Below the pieces are notes generated by a model. That model did not search any database. It was not told the DNA's origin and saw nothing but the letters and a program-made list of their open reading frames with translations. Below, in pieces: positions 9,122 to 19,986 of a stretch of DNA of 64,000 nucleotides. The translations under genes were made by a program, and so were the position numbers. This stretch comes from an uncultured Alphaproteobacteria bacterium (GTDB taxonomy: Bacteria; Pseudomonadota; Alphaproteobacteria; ATCC43930; CGMCC-115725). Within the stretch, counting starts at the first letter, position 1. Every line of letters begins with the position of its first letter. The stretch spans positions 20,442 through 84,441 of the forward strand of contig CAWCKT010000055.1 of NCBI GenBank assembly GCA_963796155.1, in the 5' to 3' direction.

Positions 9122-10760
9122 GGCGGCTCGGCAGCAACTCTCCGCGTCCCTCGAGGACCGGATAGGCGGCAGCGGCGAGGTGCGCGTTGACGCGCTTCAA
9201 ATCGCGCACGATGTCGAGAAGGAGCTTGCTCATCTCGATGCTCTCCGCCCGGCCAGCGCGGGTACGGCCGAAATGCTCGCCGGTGGCGCGCAATTCGATC
9301 TCCCGGAACACTTCTTTTTCGCCCAGGAGCCGGCGCGCCGTGCGCGGATCTTCGGTCATGAACACCGCCGCGGCCGCCCGCGCATTGCTGATCAACCGCT
9401 CCACCATCTCGCGGATTTCCTCCCGAGCCGGCTCTGAAAAGCTGACCCCGCGCTTGATGCGCTTGGCGGCAAGCGGCATCAGGCTCTTCTCGACGATGTC
9501 GCCCGCATGTTCGACATTGGTCGTGAAGGCGAGGATTTCCGACAGGCGGCGGTGATCGATGTCGTCAAGCGCATCGCTGTCGAGCGCGGTCAGGTATTGC
9601 TTGATCGCGGTGTCGAGCCGGTCGAGCACCTTGTCCATGCGCGTGGCTTCGGCGACCCGCCTGCGATCTCCACGATCGAGCGCATCGAGCGCGCTGCGCA
9701 GCATGGCCTCGAACACGTCGACCATGCGCAACGCCTCGCGCGCGGCACCGGCGAGCGCGATGCTGGGCGTCTCGCGCGCCGCCCAGTCGAGGTAGATCGG
9801 CTGTGAGGGATCGGCGGTGTCGATGCGCGCCGGCAGCAGACGCACCAGCAACCGGGCGAAGGGCTTCAGCAACGGGAAGAAAATCAACGCCAGGACAATG
9901 TTGAAGCCGGTGTGAAAATCAGCCACGGCGCGTGCGGCCTGAGGCTCGATCGTGACCAGCGCCGGGCCGATCCACTTCAACAGGGCAAGCGCAAGCGCGC
10001 AGCCGATGATCCGGTTGATCAGGTTGCCGATTGGCAGGCGCTTGGCGGCGGGATCGCCGCCGACGCCGCTTTCAAGCAGCGGGTTCAGCGCCGTGCCGAG
10101 GTTGGCCCCGAGCACCAGGGCAAACGCGGCGTGCGGCGGGACGACCGATTGCGCCGCAAAGGCCATGATCAACAGCACGACGGCGACGCTCGAATGCGCC
10201 GCCCAGGTCAATGCGGCGGCAAGCAGGATGTCGATCAGCGGGTCGGTCGTGACCGCGCCGAGCAGCATCCGCAAGCTCGGCACATCCTCGAAAGGGATGA
10301 TCATCGACAGCAGGTGCTGAAGAGCGATCAGGATAAGACCAAGCCCGATTCCCACCCGCCCGAGGTCACGGGTGCGGGTGACCTCGCCGCGCCGGAACAT
10401 GAATACGCCGATCAGGACAAGCAGGAACGAAACTCGCGATATATCGAACGACAGCACCTGAACGATCAGGGTGGTGCCGACATTGGCGCCCAGCATGACC
10501 GCCAGCGCGGGCACCAGATCGACAAGGCCGCCGGCGGCGAATGCCGTGACCATCAGACCCGTCGCCGTACTGCTCTGGAGAATCGCCGTGACACCCAGAC
10601 CCGCGAGGAAGGCTTGAAAACGGCTGCCGAGGGCATAGCTCAGGATGCGCCGAAGTTGCGGTCCGAATGCGCGGGTGATCCCGGTCTGGACCATGTGCAC
10701 GCCCCAGATCAGCAGCGCGATCGCGCCTGCGAGGTCCATCAGAGTCAGCGTCGCATTCAT
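9105..10760 (-). CDS. Na/Pi cotransporter family protein with C-terminal PhoU-like region
   Basis: MNATLTLMDLAGAIALLIWGVHMVQTGITRAFG and GLGVTAILQSSTAT, typical of NptA/YjbB-type proteins. Helical PhoU-like C-terminus. Start could be 10769. Confidence 0.85.
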   Translation of the reverse strand: MNATLTLMDLAGAIALLIWGVHMVQTGITRAFGPQLRRILSYALGSRFQAFLAGLGVTAILQSSTATGLMVTAFAAGGLVDLVPALAVMLGANVGTTLIVQVLSFDISRVSFLLVLIGVFMFRRGEVTRTRDLGRVGIGLGLILIALQHLLSMIIPFEDVPSLRMLLGAVTTDPLIDILLAAALTWAAHSSVAVVLLIMAFAAQSVVPPHAAFALVLGANLGTALNPLLESGVGGDPAAKRLPIGNLINRIIGCALALALLKWIGPALVTIEPQAARAVADFHTGFNIVLALIFFPLLKPFARLLVRLLPARIDTADPSQPIYLDWAARETPSIALAGAAREALRMVDVFEAMLRSALDALDRGDRRRVAEATRMDKVLDRLDTAIKQYLTALDSDALDDIDHRRLSEILAFTTNVEHAGDIVEKSLMPLAAKRIKRGVSFSEPAREEIREMVERLISNARAAAAVFMTEDPRTARRLLGEKEVFREIELRATGEHFGRTRAGRAESIEMSKLLLDIVRDLKRVNAHLAAAAYPVLEGRGELLPSRLKQDV

Positions 10761-10947
10761 CCCGCGCACTCCGTACCGGACGCAGTATGCTCATGTAGTT
10801 TATACGCCCTCGGCGTTTCAAACGGCACGCTGAAGTTCGCAAAGCACATTCTCGCAAACGCTGACGGTCTTTCCGCCGTTGCGGAAGATGCCAACCACTC
10901 TCGCGGCGATCGGTTGCTCGGCGTCGGGGGCTCCTCTGGAGGACAAA

Positions 10948-12186
10948 ATGAAATCTCGGCAAATCACAAGGCTCGTCCTCCAGTTCCTGATCTTCACCAC
11001 AGTCCCGGTCGCCGCCGGCGCACAACCTGCGGCCGGCGGGCCGCCGTCGGTCGGGGTCGTGCGGGCCGAACGGCAGCAGATCACGCAGACCAACGAGTTT
11101 ATCGGCCGCATCCAGTCCATCGGACGGGTGGCGCTCGTCGCCCGGGTCAGCGCTTTTCTCGAAAAGCGGGCTTTTGTCGAAGGCTCGGAGGTCAAAAAGG
11201 GCGATCTCCTCTACCTCCTCGAGCAACCGCCGTTTCAGGCGCAGGTCGACGCCGACAAGGCCAACGTGGCGCAGCTCGAAGCGCAGCACACCTTTGCCGA
11301 GCAGCAGCTCGCGCGGTCGCAGTATCTAATAAAAACGCCTGCCGGCCAGCAGCAGACGGTCGACCAAGACCTCTCTAATGAACGTTCGCTGGCGGCACAG
11401 GTCGCGAGCGCCAGGGCGCAGCTGGAAGTAGCCGAAATCAATCTCGGCTACACCGAGATCCGCGCACCGATCGACGGCAAGATCAGCGCCACGGAAGTCA
11501 CCGAGGGCAACGTCGTCTCGCCGACCAGCGGGACCTTGGCGACATTAGTCAGCCAGGATCCGATGTACGTGCTTTTCCCGATTTCCGTGCGAGCGGGGCT
11601 GGATCTGCGCAATCGTTACGAAGCTAAGGGAGGTTTCAACGCTGTCATCATCAGGCTGCGGCTGACGGATGGCCGGATCTATGGGCAGGAGGGCAAGCTC
11701 GATTACGTGTCGCCGACGGTCGCGACCAATACCGATACGGTCACGGTGCGCGGCGTGGTTCCCAACCCATTCATTCCCGGACTTCCCGAGGGCGGGCCGG
11801 CTCCTCGCGAGTTGTTCGACGGGGAGTTCGTGACCGTACTGCTCGAAGGCGTGCAACCGGTGGTTGTTCTGGCCATACCGCGTGCGGCGGTACTGTCTGA
11901 CCAGCAAGGCGATTACGTCTACGTCGTCGATGCGCAGAACAAGGCGCAGCAACGGCGCATTCAACTCGGCCAGTCGACCCCCTCGACCGCCGTCGTGAGC
12001 AATGGACTTACAGAAGGTGAGCTGGTCATCAGCGAGGGGCTCCAGCGGGTTCGCCCCGGCGAAGTCGTGTCGCCCGGCCCGGCGAGCCCACCGCCGCCGA
12101 TTGCACCGCAGCCTGAGCAGGGTGGTGAAAGCGCAGGGAGCGAGGCGGCCGCCCCCTCCTCCGGCGCGACGGAGGCCAAGCCGTGA
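10948..12186 (+). CDS. RND efflux periplasmic adaptor (membrane fusion protein)
   Basis: Trimmed to ATG 10948 after GGAGGA SD. Lipoyl/hairpin pattern [32 protein letters not shown]...[16 protein letters not shown]. The stop overlaps the permease start. Confidence 0.9.
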   Translation: MKSRQITRLVLQFLIFTTVPVAAGAQPAAGGPPSVGVVRAERQQITQTNEFIGRIQSIGRVALVARVSAFLEKRAFVEGSEVKKGDLLYLLEQPPFQAQVDADKANVAQLEAQHTFAEQQLARSQYLIKTPAGQQQTVDQDLSNERSLAAQVASARAQLEVAEINLGYTEIRAPIDGKISATEVTEGNVVSPTSGTLATLVSQDPMYVLFPISVRAGLDLRNRYEAKGGFNAVIIRLRLTDGRIYGQEGKLDYVSPTVATNTDTVTVRGVVPNPFIPGLPEGGPAPRELFDGEFVTVLLEGVQPVVVLAIPRAAVLSDQQGDYVYVVDAQNKAQQRRIQLGQSTPSTAVVSNGLTEGELVISEGLQRVRPGEVVSPGPASPPPPIAPQPEQGGESAGSEAAAPSSGATEAKP

Positions 12187-15100
12187 TTTCGGCGATCTTC
12201 GTCGACCGGCCGCGGCTCGCGGTCGTCATCGCGGTCGTCATCACGATCGCCGGTCTGCTGGCGCTGCTGCGCATACCGGTCGCTCAGTTCCCGGACATCG
12301 TGCCGCCGCAGACCGTAGTCTCGGCCACCTACCCCGGCGCCTCTGCCGCGGTCGTCGAATCGAGCATCGCCCAGCCGATCGAGGCGCAAGTCGTCGGCGT
12401 CGACAAGATGATTTACATGAGTTCGACCAGCGGCAATGACGGCAGCTACAATCTGACCGTCAGTTTCGTGCTCGGCAGCGATCCCGACATCAACACCAAC
12501 GCCGTCAACAATCGGGTGCAGACCGCGGTGGCTCAGCTCCCTCCTGAAGTCCAGCTGGAGGGGCTTACGATCCAAAAAAAATCCTCGGCGGTCCTGCAGT
12601 TCCTTATGCTCTACAGCGAGAACGGCGAGCAGGACCCGCTCTTCATCACGAATTATGCGATCATCAATGTGCTCGACGTATTGTCCCGCACACCCGGCGT
12701 CGGCCAGGCGCGCTTGTTCGGCGCGCTCAATTACTCGATGCGCATCTGGTTCGACACCCAGCGGCTCAACAACCTCCAGATGACGCCGGCTGATGTTGTC
12801 GCGGCGATCCAGGCGCAGAATGTGGAGGCGCCGGTCGGTCGGATCGGCGCGCGCCCGATCGGCAAAGACCAGCAATTCCAATTGAACCTGCAGACGCTCG
12901 GTCGCCTGACGACAGCCGAGCAGTTTGGCAACATCGTATTGCGCGCGAATCCCGATGGCTCGGTGGTTCGCGTAAGCGATGTCGCCCGGGTTGATCTCGG
13001 CGCTCAGAACCAGGACATCGAAGGCCGCCTCAACAGCGAGCCTGCAGTGGCAATCGGCGTTTATCTCTCTCCCGGCGCCAATGCGGTACAGACCGCCGCG
13101 GCGGTCCGGGCCAATTTAGATCGCCTGAGCCAACGCTTTCCACCCGGTCTCAAGTACCTCGTCAATTACGACACGACCACCTTTGTCCAGGACACAATTC
13201 ACGACGTGCTGATCACCCTGCTGATCGCCTTTGTGCTGGTCGTGATCGTCGTCTTTTTGTTTCTCGGCAGCCTGCGGGCGACCCTGATCCCGGCAATCGC
13301 CGTGCCGGTCAGTGTGATCGGCAGCTTCGCGGTGCTGCTGGCGATGGGTTATTCGGCCAACACGATATCGCTGCTCGCGATGGTTCTGGCGATTGGCATC
13401 CTGGTCGACGACGCCATCGTCGTCGTCGAGAACGTCGAACGCGTCATGGAGGACGAGCCGAACCTCTCATCCGGGGACGCGACAAAGAAGGCCATGGCCG
13501 AGATCACCGCGCCGATCATCGCGATCACGTTGGTCCTTCTCTCCGTATTCGTGCCGATCGCCTTTATCCCCGGCATCTCCGGGACGCTGTTTCGGCAATT
13601 CGCGGTGACGATCAGCGTCGCGATGCTGATTTCGGCATTGAATGCCCTGACATTGTCGCCGGCGCTGTGCGCCGTGTTTCTGCGCCACGGCGGCCCGCGG
13701 CACGGCCCGATGGGATGGGTGTTGCGGCGCATCGACAATATCCGCGACGGTTACGCGGCGCTCGTGCGCCGCCTGGTGCGCGTCTCCGTATTCGGGGTTG
13801 TGGCAATACTGGCGAGTGCCGCGGGGATTTATTTTTTATCCCTGCGAACACCCACGGGGTTTCTACCGGAAGAGGATCAGGGCGCCTTCTTTATCTCGGT
13901 GCAATTACCGGATGGCGCTTCGGTCATCCGCACCCGCGAAGCGGTAAAGCAGGTCGAGGCCGTGCTGAAGCAGATGCCGCAGGTCCAGAACATCTTCGCG
14001 ATTGTCGGGTTTTCGATCATCGACAGCGTCAATGAGCCGAATACCGCCTTTGTCGTGCCGACGTTGAAGCCCTTCGCCGACCGTGTCGGCGTTGCGAACT
14101 CGGCGCAGGCGCTGATCGCCAAGCTGTTTGCCGAGGGACAGCAGATCCGCACCGCGACGATCATCCCGTTCAACCTGCCGCCGATCATCGGGTTGTCGAC
14201 GACAGGCGGGTTCGAGTACCGCCTCGAAGGACTGGAAGGGCAGGACCCCGCTGCGATGAACAGCGTGATGCAGGGCCTGCTCGCCGCCGCTAACCAGGAC
14301 CCCAGGCTGACCCGCGTCTTCTCGACCTTCACCGCCAGCAACCCGTCGATCTTTCTCGATATCGACCGGGAGAAGGCGCAGGCGCTGGGCCTCAGCATGA
14401 ACGATGTGTTCGGCGCATTGCAGGCGACATTGGGTGGCATATTCATCAACAATTTCAATCTGTTCGGGAGAATATGGCAGGTCAACATCCAGGGCGAGGC
14501 CGCCGACCGCAGAGAGGTCCGCGATCTGTGGCAGATCCAAATTCGCAACAGGTTTGGGGAAAACGTGCAACTGCGCTCGATCGCCGACGCCCGGGTCGTC
14601 CTCGGCCCGCAGACCATCACTCGATACAACAACTACCGCGCGATCCCGATACAGGGTGGGCCTTCACCGGGAACGTCCTCCGGCGCCGCGCTGGCGGCGA
14701 TGGCGGAAGTCTCGGCCAAGACCTTGCCGGCCGGCTACAGCTTTGAATGGACTGGAACCGCCTACCAGGAAGTGGCCGCCTCCGGGCAGACCGGCGCCAT
14801 CCTCGGGCTTGCCGTGCTGTTCGCGTTTCTCTTTCTTGTCGGTTTATATGAGAGCTGGATGATCCCGATACCCGTATTGCTATCCGTGCCGGTTGGGGTG
14901 CTGGGAGCGTTCCTCGGGATTTTGATTTTTCATCTGGCGCTCGACCTCTATGCCCAAATCGGGCTCGTGGTGCTGATCGCGATGGCCGCCAAGAACGGCA
15001 TCCTGATCGTCGAGTTCGCCAAGGACCGGCGCGAAGAGGGAATGGATATCCGGGAGGCCGCGGTACTCGGCGCACGGATGCGGTTTCGCGCCGTAATGAT

Positions 15101-15353
15101 GACCTCTTTCGCGTTCATCCTCGGGGTCTACCCGCTGGTCGTCGCACAGGGTGCGGCCGAACTCAGCCGCCACGCCGTCGGTACGCCGGTCTTTGCCGGC
15201 ATGATCGCCGCCAGCGCCATCGGGCTCTTCGTGATCCCGATGCTCTACGTCACCTTCCAGTCGATACGCGAGCGCAGCGGCGCGCGCTTCCCGCGCCTGA
15301 AGCCGCGTCGCGGTCCCGTCCCATTCTCCTCTCCCCACCCAGGCGAGGAGTAG
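12183..15353 (+). CDS. RND efflux permease (HAE1/AcrB family)
   Basis: 1056 aa. [43 protein letters not shown], 12-TM organisation, [16 protein letters not shown] motif. GTG start in a GTGA overlap. Confidence 0.95.
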   Translation: MISAIFVDRPRLAVVIAVVITIAGLLALLRIPVAQFPDIVPPQTVVSATYPGASAAVVESSIAQPIEAQVVGVDKMIYMSSTSGNDGSYNLTVSFVLGSDPDINTNAVNNRVQTAVAQLPPEVQLEGLTIQKKSSAVLQFLMLYSENGEQDPLFITNYAIINVLDVLSRTPGVGQARLFGALNYSMRIWFDTQRLNNLQMTPADVVAAIQAQNVEAPVGRIGARPIGKDQQFQLNLQTLGRLTTAEQFGNIVLRANPDGSVVRVSDVARVDLGAQNQDIEGRLNSEPAVAIGVYLSPGANAVQTAAAVRANLDRLSQRFPPGLKYLVNYDTTTFVQDTIHDVLITLLIAFVLVVIVVFLFLGSLRATLIPAIAVPVSVIGSFAVLLAMGYSANTISLLAMVLAIGILVDDAIVVVENVERVMEDEPNLSSGDATKKAMAEITAPIIAITLVLLSVFVPIAFIPGISGTLFRQFAVTISVAMLISALNALTLSPALCAVFLRHGGPRHGPMGWVLRRIDNIRDGYAALVRRLVRVSVFGVVAILASAAGIYFLSLRTPTGFLPEEDQGAFFISVQLPDGASVIRTREAVKQVEAVLKQMPQVQNIFAIVGFSIIDSVNEPNTAFVVPTLKPFADRVGVANSAQALIAKLFAEGQQIRTATIIPFNLPPIIGLSTTGGFEYRLEGLEGQDPAAMNSVMQGLLAAANQDPRLTRVFSTFTASNPSIFLDIDREKAQALGLSMNDVFGALQATLGGIFINNFNLFGRIWQVNIQGEAADRREVRDLWQIQIRNRFGENVQLRSIADARVVLGPQTITRYNNYRAIPIQGGPSPGTSSGAALAAMAEVSAKTLPAGYSFEWTGTAYQEVAASGQTGAILGLAVLFAFLFLVGLYESWMIPIPVLLSVPVGVLGAFLGILIFHLALDLYAQIGLVVLIAMAAKNGILIVEFAKDRREEGMDIREAAVLGARMRFRAVMMTSFAFILGVYPLVVAQGAAELSRHAVGTPVFAGMIAASAIGLFVIPMLYVTFQSIRERSGARFPRLKPRRGPVPFSSPHPGEE

Positions 15354-15413
15354 GCGGGGGCTTCGGACGGGCGCGCCCACCGGGCGCGCTGGCGCCCGAG
15401 CCCTTCCCAGATT

Positions 15414-15521
15414 TCAGGCTTTCGGCGTCGGCGCCTTGCTGGTTGCCCGCTTCTCAGCTTTCTTCTTCTGCTTGGGTTTCTTGGCTTCCCGGCTCGACCG
15501 CTTCTGCTCTTTGTTTGCCAC
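15414..15521 (-). CDS. Small Lys-rich protein, 35 aa (below the ORF-track cutoff)
   Basis: GTG 15521 is preceded by GGGAGAG SD. Translation VANKEQKRSSREAKKPKQKKKAEKRATSKAPTPKA. Resembles small basic proteins seen in related alphaproteobacteria (from memory, not searched). Confidence 0.4.
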   Translation of the reverse strand: MANKEQKRSSREAKKPKQKKKAEKRATSKAPTPKA

Positions 15522-15602
15522 GATACTCTCCCATCACGCTGATCGCAGGCGAATATGCCGCGGATGCGCGGCGATTTAACCTTAGAATTCTCGGCATGCG
15601 CA

Positions 15603-17076
15603 TCATTGGCGTGTCGTCCACCGCTTGGCCTCGACGCCGGCGTCGGCCGAGGAAGCGATCTTGTCGAGCCGGCTGGTCAGCTCCGGGCTCGGCCAGATCG
15701 CACCGGCGGCGGCCTCATAGGCGCGACAGGCCTGCAATACCGCAAGATCGCCGAACAGCGGACCGGTGACCTGCAGCCCGACGGGCAGCCCGTCGACCAA
15801 GCCGCACGGGATCGAGCAGGACGGGTTCTTGGTCAGATTGAACGGCGAAGTATAGGGCGTCCAGCTCAGGAAATTGGTCGGGTTCGGCAGGTCGTCGTCG
15901 CGCGGATCGGCGTAGGCCGCCGGAATCGGCATGGTCGGCGACAACAACAAGTCGAAGCGATCGAAAAACAGCCGTACGGCCTGCCCGAGTGCGGCGCGTT
16001 GCGTCACCGCCGCGACATACTCCTCCTGTGTCACCGCCGCGCCGCGCCGGCACAGTGCGACGAGGCCCGGGTCCATAAGCGTCACCGCCTCCGGCGTCTG
16101 CGCGCGCAGTAATGCCCAGAACGCCGCCATGGCGAGCGCACCGAAGATCTCTTTTGGCGATTGCGGGAACGGATCGGCGGGCTCGACCACTGCGCCGAGT
16201 TCGGCAAAGACCTGAGCCGCGCGCTCGACTGCGGCGCGCACCGCCGGCGCCGGCTCGGCGAGGCCGAGAGTTGGCGACAGCGCGACTCGTCTGCCCTTGA
16301 GTGAACCCTCGCCTACCCGTTCGCGATAGGCGATGCGATCATCGGGCAGGCTCCCCCAGTCGCGCGAATCCGGTCCCTTGATCGCATCGAGCATCAGCGC
16401 CGCGTCCTCGACGGTGCGCGCCATCGGGCCGACATGGGCGACATCGCCGAAGACCGACGGCGGATAGACCGCGACGCGGCCGAAGGTCGGCTTCAGCCCG
16501 ACGATGCCGCAAAACGAGGCTGGAATGCGGATCGAGCCGCCGGCGTCGGTGCCGACCGCGAGCGGACAGATGCCGGCCGTCACGGCGGCGGCGCTGCCGC
16601 CGCTGCTGCCGCCGGGGGTGCGTTCGACGTCCCACGGGTTGCGGGTGATCCCGCTGAGAGGCGAGTCGGTGACCGGCTTCCAGCCGAATTCGGGCGTCGT
16701 GGTCTTGCCGAAGAACACCGCACCTTCACCACGCAGCCGGGCGGTGACCGGCGAATCCTCGCGTCCATTCCTGGTTCGGGTCGATGGTGCGCGAGCCTAA
16801 GAGGCGCGGCCAGCCGCGGGTCAGAATCGTGTCCTTGATCGCAACCGGAACCCCGTCGAGAAGGCCCGCCGGCTCGCCTTTCTGCCAGCGCGCCTCCGAG
16901 GCACGCGCTTCGGCCATCGCGCTTTCCGGGTCATAAAGTACGAAGGCGTTGAGGGCCCCTTCGTAGCGTTCGAGCCGGCGCAACGTCTCTGCCGCCACGT
17001 CGACCGGCGAGATCTCCCCGCTCCGGTACAGCGCGAGCAGCCGTGTGGCCGGCAGAAAAGTGGTCGCCTCGGTCAT
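15603..17076 (-). pseudogene. Amidase-signature family amidase (GatA-like) broken by one frameshift near 16760-16775
   Basis: N-terminal ORF 16726-17076 (GAGGAG SD; VPVAIKDTILTRGWP). C-terminal ORF 15603-16718 ([40 protein letters not shown]). The bridging residues [18 protein letters not shown] are readable in the downstream frame. Confidence 0.8.
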
Positions 17077-17086
17077 GCGGTGCTCC

Positions 17087-18064
17087 TCAGCTCGTGAAGA
17101 CGACATTCTCCAAAGGCTCGCCGCGCACGAACCGGTTGATGTTGCCTGCCACCTCGGCCCACCGCCGCGCGACCATGCCTTCGGTCCAGCCCGAGCAATG
17201 CGGCGTCATGATGACGTTCGGCAGTTCGTGAAAGGGATGGCATGACGGGCGGCGTTCCGGCTCGGCCGCGGTCGGGTATCGCCACCAGACATCGAGCGCC
17301 GCCCCGCCAATGCCGCGGTCGCGCAACGCCGCATATAGGGCGTCCTCGTCGACGACCGCGCCGCGCGCGATATTGATCAGGAACGCCGAGCGCTTCATCA
17401 GCGCGAGGCGGGGCGCGCCGATCAATCCTTCGGTCTCGGGGCCAAGGGCCGTGCACAGCACGACGAAGTCACAAGCCGGAAGCACAACGTCGAGCTCGGT
17501 CAGCGGATAGACCCGATCGACGCCGCCTTCCGCCGGCCGCGGGCTGCGATTGACGGCGATTACCCGGCAGCCGAAAGCCGCGGCACGGCGGGCCACCTCG
17601 CGCCCGACCGGCCCGAGCCCGACGATCCCGACCGTACTGCCGAGGATCTCGCCATGCGGCGGTCCGCTCTGGACCCAGCTCGCACGCCATGAGGAACGGG
17701 TGCGGAAATCCGCCTCGATCTCGCGGAACCGATGGCTCCAGGCGAGCATGGTCATCAGCACGTATTCGGCAATCGCCGTCTGGTGGCCGAAAGCGTTGCA
17801 GATCGTTACCCCAGGCGGCAGCGCGCCGATATCGATCAGCTCGGTGCCGGTGGCGACGGACTGCACCAGGCGGACGCGCGGCGCCGGCGGATATTCGGCG
17901 CGCCAATGATTGGTGATCAAGATGTCGGCATCCGCGGCAACCTCTGACATTTGCATCAGCTGCTGCGGATCCGCGACGATCTCGACGCGCAGGCTGGGCG
18001 GCAATTCCCTCTTGATGCCGTGCGCGGTATCGGCGGCGACATTCCCGAGAAACAGCGCCTTCAT
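17087..18064 (-). CDS. D-isomer-specific 2-hydroxyacid dehydrogenase family protein
   Basis: NAD fold VGIVGLGPVGREVARRAAAFGCRVIAVNRS. INIARGAVVDEDAL and MTPHCSGWT motifs. The stop lies ~10 nt before the amidase start. Confidence 0.85.
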   Translation of the reverse strand: MKALFLGNVAADTAHGIKRELPPSLRVEIVADPQQLMQMSEVAADADILITNHWRAEYPPAPRVRLVQSVATGTELIDIGALPPGVTICNAFGHQTAIAEYVLMTMLAWSHRFREIEADFRTRSSWRASWVQSGPPHGEILGSTVGIVGLGPVGREVARRAAAFGCRVIAVNRSPRPAEGGVDRVYPLTELDVVLPACDFVVLCTALGPETEGLIGAPRLALMKRSAFLINIARGAVVDEDALYAALRDRGIGGAALDVWWRYPTAAEPERRPSCHPFHELPNVIMTPHCSGWTEGMVARRWAEVAGNINRFVRGEPLENVVFTS

Positions 18065-18290
18065 GATCGTTCCGTAGGTTCGTTGTGGATCGTCTCCCGG
18101 AGCCGAGCGACGTCACAGGGGTCCTCGGCGACCGGTCCCGCCGGGCAGCGAATGTAACCCGGCGCCGCTTCGGATGCGAGCGCGGCTCGCGGCGCGGAAC
18201 CGAGTTGTCGGCGAAGACTCGCGGCGAGTCATTGTTGCGGATTCGATTTCGCGTATATAGATCACCCCAATCGCTTGAGGTCCTCCGACT

Positions 18291-19856
18291 ATGACCCCTC
18301 ATTCCCGCCCGGATCCGCTCGTGCTGTGCATCCTCGACGGCTGGGGCGAGCGGCCGAACGGTGATGACAATGCGATTGCAATGGCGCGCACGCCGGTCTG
18401 GCATAGGCTCATCGCGCGCTGGCCGCACGCGCATCTGCAGGCGAGCGAGCATTATGTCGGGCTCCCCGACGGTCAGATGGGGAACTCCGAGGTCGGCCAC
18501 ACCAATCTCGGCGCCGGACGGCTCGTGCTGCAGGACCTGCCGCGGATCGACGCAGCTATCGCCGACGGCAAGCTCCCCGCCATGCCGGCGCTGCACGAGT
18601 TTATCGGCCAACTGAAAAAGAGCCACGGGACCGCGCATCTGATGGGGTTGATGTCCCCCGGCGGCGTGCATTCGCACCAGCGGCAGATTGCCGCCCTCGC
18701 CCGCATCCTCGCCGAAGCGGGGGTCCCGGTCGCCGTCCATGCCTTCCTCGACGGACGGGACACTCCGCCCAAAGCCGCGGTGTCCTATCTAGAGGATTTC
18801 CAGCGCGACGTCGCCGGCCTCGATCGTGTTCGGGTCGTCACCGTTTGCGGTCGCTATTTCGCGATGGACCGCGACAAGCGCTGGGACCGGGTGGAAAAGG
18901 CTTATCGGGCGATCCTGCAGGGCCGCGGCGAACCCGCCGAGCGCCCGGTGCCTGCTGTTGAAGCCGCCTACGGCCGCGGCGAAACCGACGAGTTCGTACG
19001 ACCGACCGTGATCGCCGACTACCACGGCATGAAAGACGGCGACGGGGTGCTGATCGCGAATTTTCGCGCCGATCGGGTGCGCGAGATCGCCGCTGCCCTG
19101 CTCGATCCGGATTTCTCCGGCTTCCCGCTGGCAAAGCGGGTCACGTTTGCCGCAGCGCTCGGGCTCGTCGAGTATTCGGCCGAGCTCAACCGCTTTCTCG
19201 GCACACTATTCCCGCCTGAGGATCTCGAGGACACATTCGGCGAGGTCGTATCCAGGGCTGGGCTGACTCAGCTGCGCATCGCCGAAACCGAAAAATACGC
19301 GCACGTCACGTTCTTTTTCAACGGCGGGCAGGAAACGGTCTTTCCAGGGGAGGAGCGCATTCTCGTGCCGTCGCCAAAGGTCGCGACATACGACCAGCAG
19401 CCGGAAATGTCGGCACCCGAGTTAACCGACAAAGTGGTCGAGGCGATCACCGCCCATCGTTTCGACGTCATCGTGCTCAACTACGCGAACACCGACATGG
19501 TCGGGCACACCGGCCGCCTCGACGCGGCGGTCAAAGCGGTCGAGACCGTCGACGCCTGTCTCGGCAGGCTGTCGGAGGCGGTGGAGCGCGCCGGCGGCAC
19601 GCTCGTCATCACCGCCGATCACGGCAATGCCGAAATGATGCGTGACCCCGAAACCGGTGAGCCGCATACCGCCCACACGCTGAACCCGGTGCCGTTCATC
19701 GTGGTTAACCCGCCGGCTGCGGTCCGGCAGCTCGACGATGGCCGCCTCTCCGACGTCGCGCCGACCTTGCTCGACATCCTCGGCCTGCCAAAGCCGCCGG
19801 CGATGACCGGCCATTCGCTGATCGCGGCATCTGCTGCACAGGATGCGGCGTGCTGA
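18291..19856 (+). CDS. gpmI: 2,3-bisphosphoglycerate-independent phosphoglycerate mutase
   Basis: LCILDGWGERP, GQMGNSEVGHTNLGAGR, LMSPGGVHSH, ETEKYAHVTFFFNGG, ITADHGNAE. Confidence 0.95.
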   Translation: MTPHSRPDPLVLCILDGWGERPNGDDNAIAMARTPVWHRLIARWPHAHLQASEHYVGLPDGQMGNSEVGHTNLGAGRLVLQDLPRIDAAIADGKLPAMPALHEFIGQLKKSHGTAHLMGLMSPGGVHSHQRQIAALARILAEAGVPVAVHAFLDGRDTPPKAAVSYLEDFQRDVAGLDRVRVVTVCGRYFAMDRDKRWDRVEKAYRAILQGRGEPAERPVPAVEAAYGRGETDEFVRPTVIADYHGMKDGDGVLIANFRADRVREIAAALLDPDFSGFPLAKRVTFAAALGLVEYSAELNRFLGTLFPPEDLEDTFGEVVSRAGLTQLRIAETEKYAHVTFFFNGGQETVFPGEERILVPSPKVATYDQQPEMSAPELTDKVVEAITAHRFDVIVLNYANTDMVGHTGRLDAAVKAVETVDACLGRLSEAVERAGGTLVITADHGNAEMMRDPETGEPHTAHTLNPVPFIVVNPPAAVRQLDDGRLSDVAPTLLDILGLPKPPAMTGHSLIAASAAQDAAC

Positions 19857-19986
19857 CCCCGTGTCCTGCGGCTTTCCGCCGGAAGGGCCCGGCTTGATCA
19901 TCGGGCACGGTCGCGGATATCATCGGTGACGCCAAACGTCGATCGTCGCCGGCAAGCCGATCGGGCTCCGTATCATAGGTGAGTGA

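Noticed and set aside
9912-11378. Long ORFs such as 9912-11378 (+), 22233-23312 (-), 24342-25859 (-), 36809-37798 (-), 54322-55614 (-), 57657-58634 (-) and 31237-31947 (+).
   Set aside because: They lie antisense to, or out of frame with, genes that have clear family motifs. Their translations are Arg/Pro/Gly/Ala-rich low-complexity strings typical of stop-poor frames in high-GC DNA.
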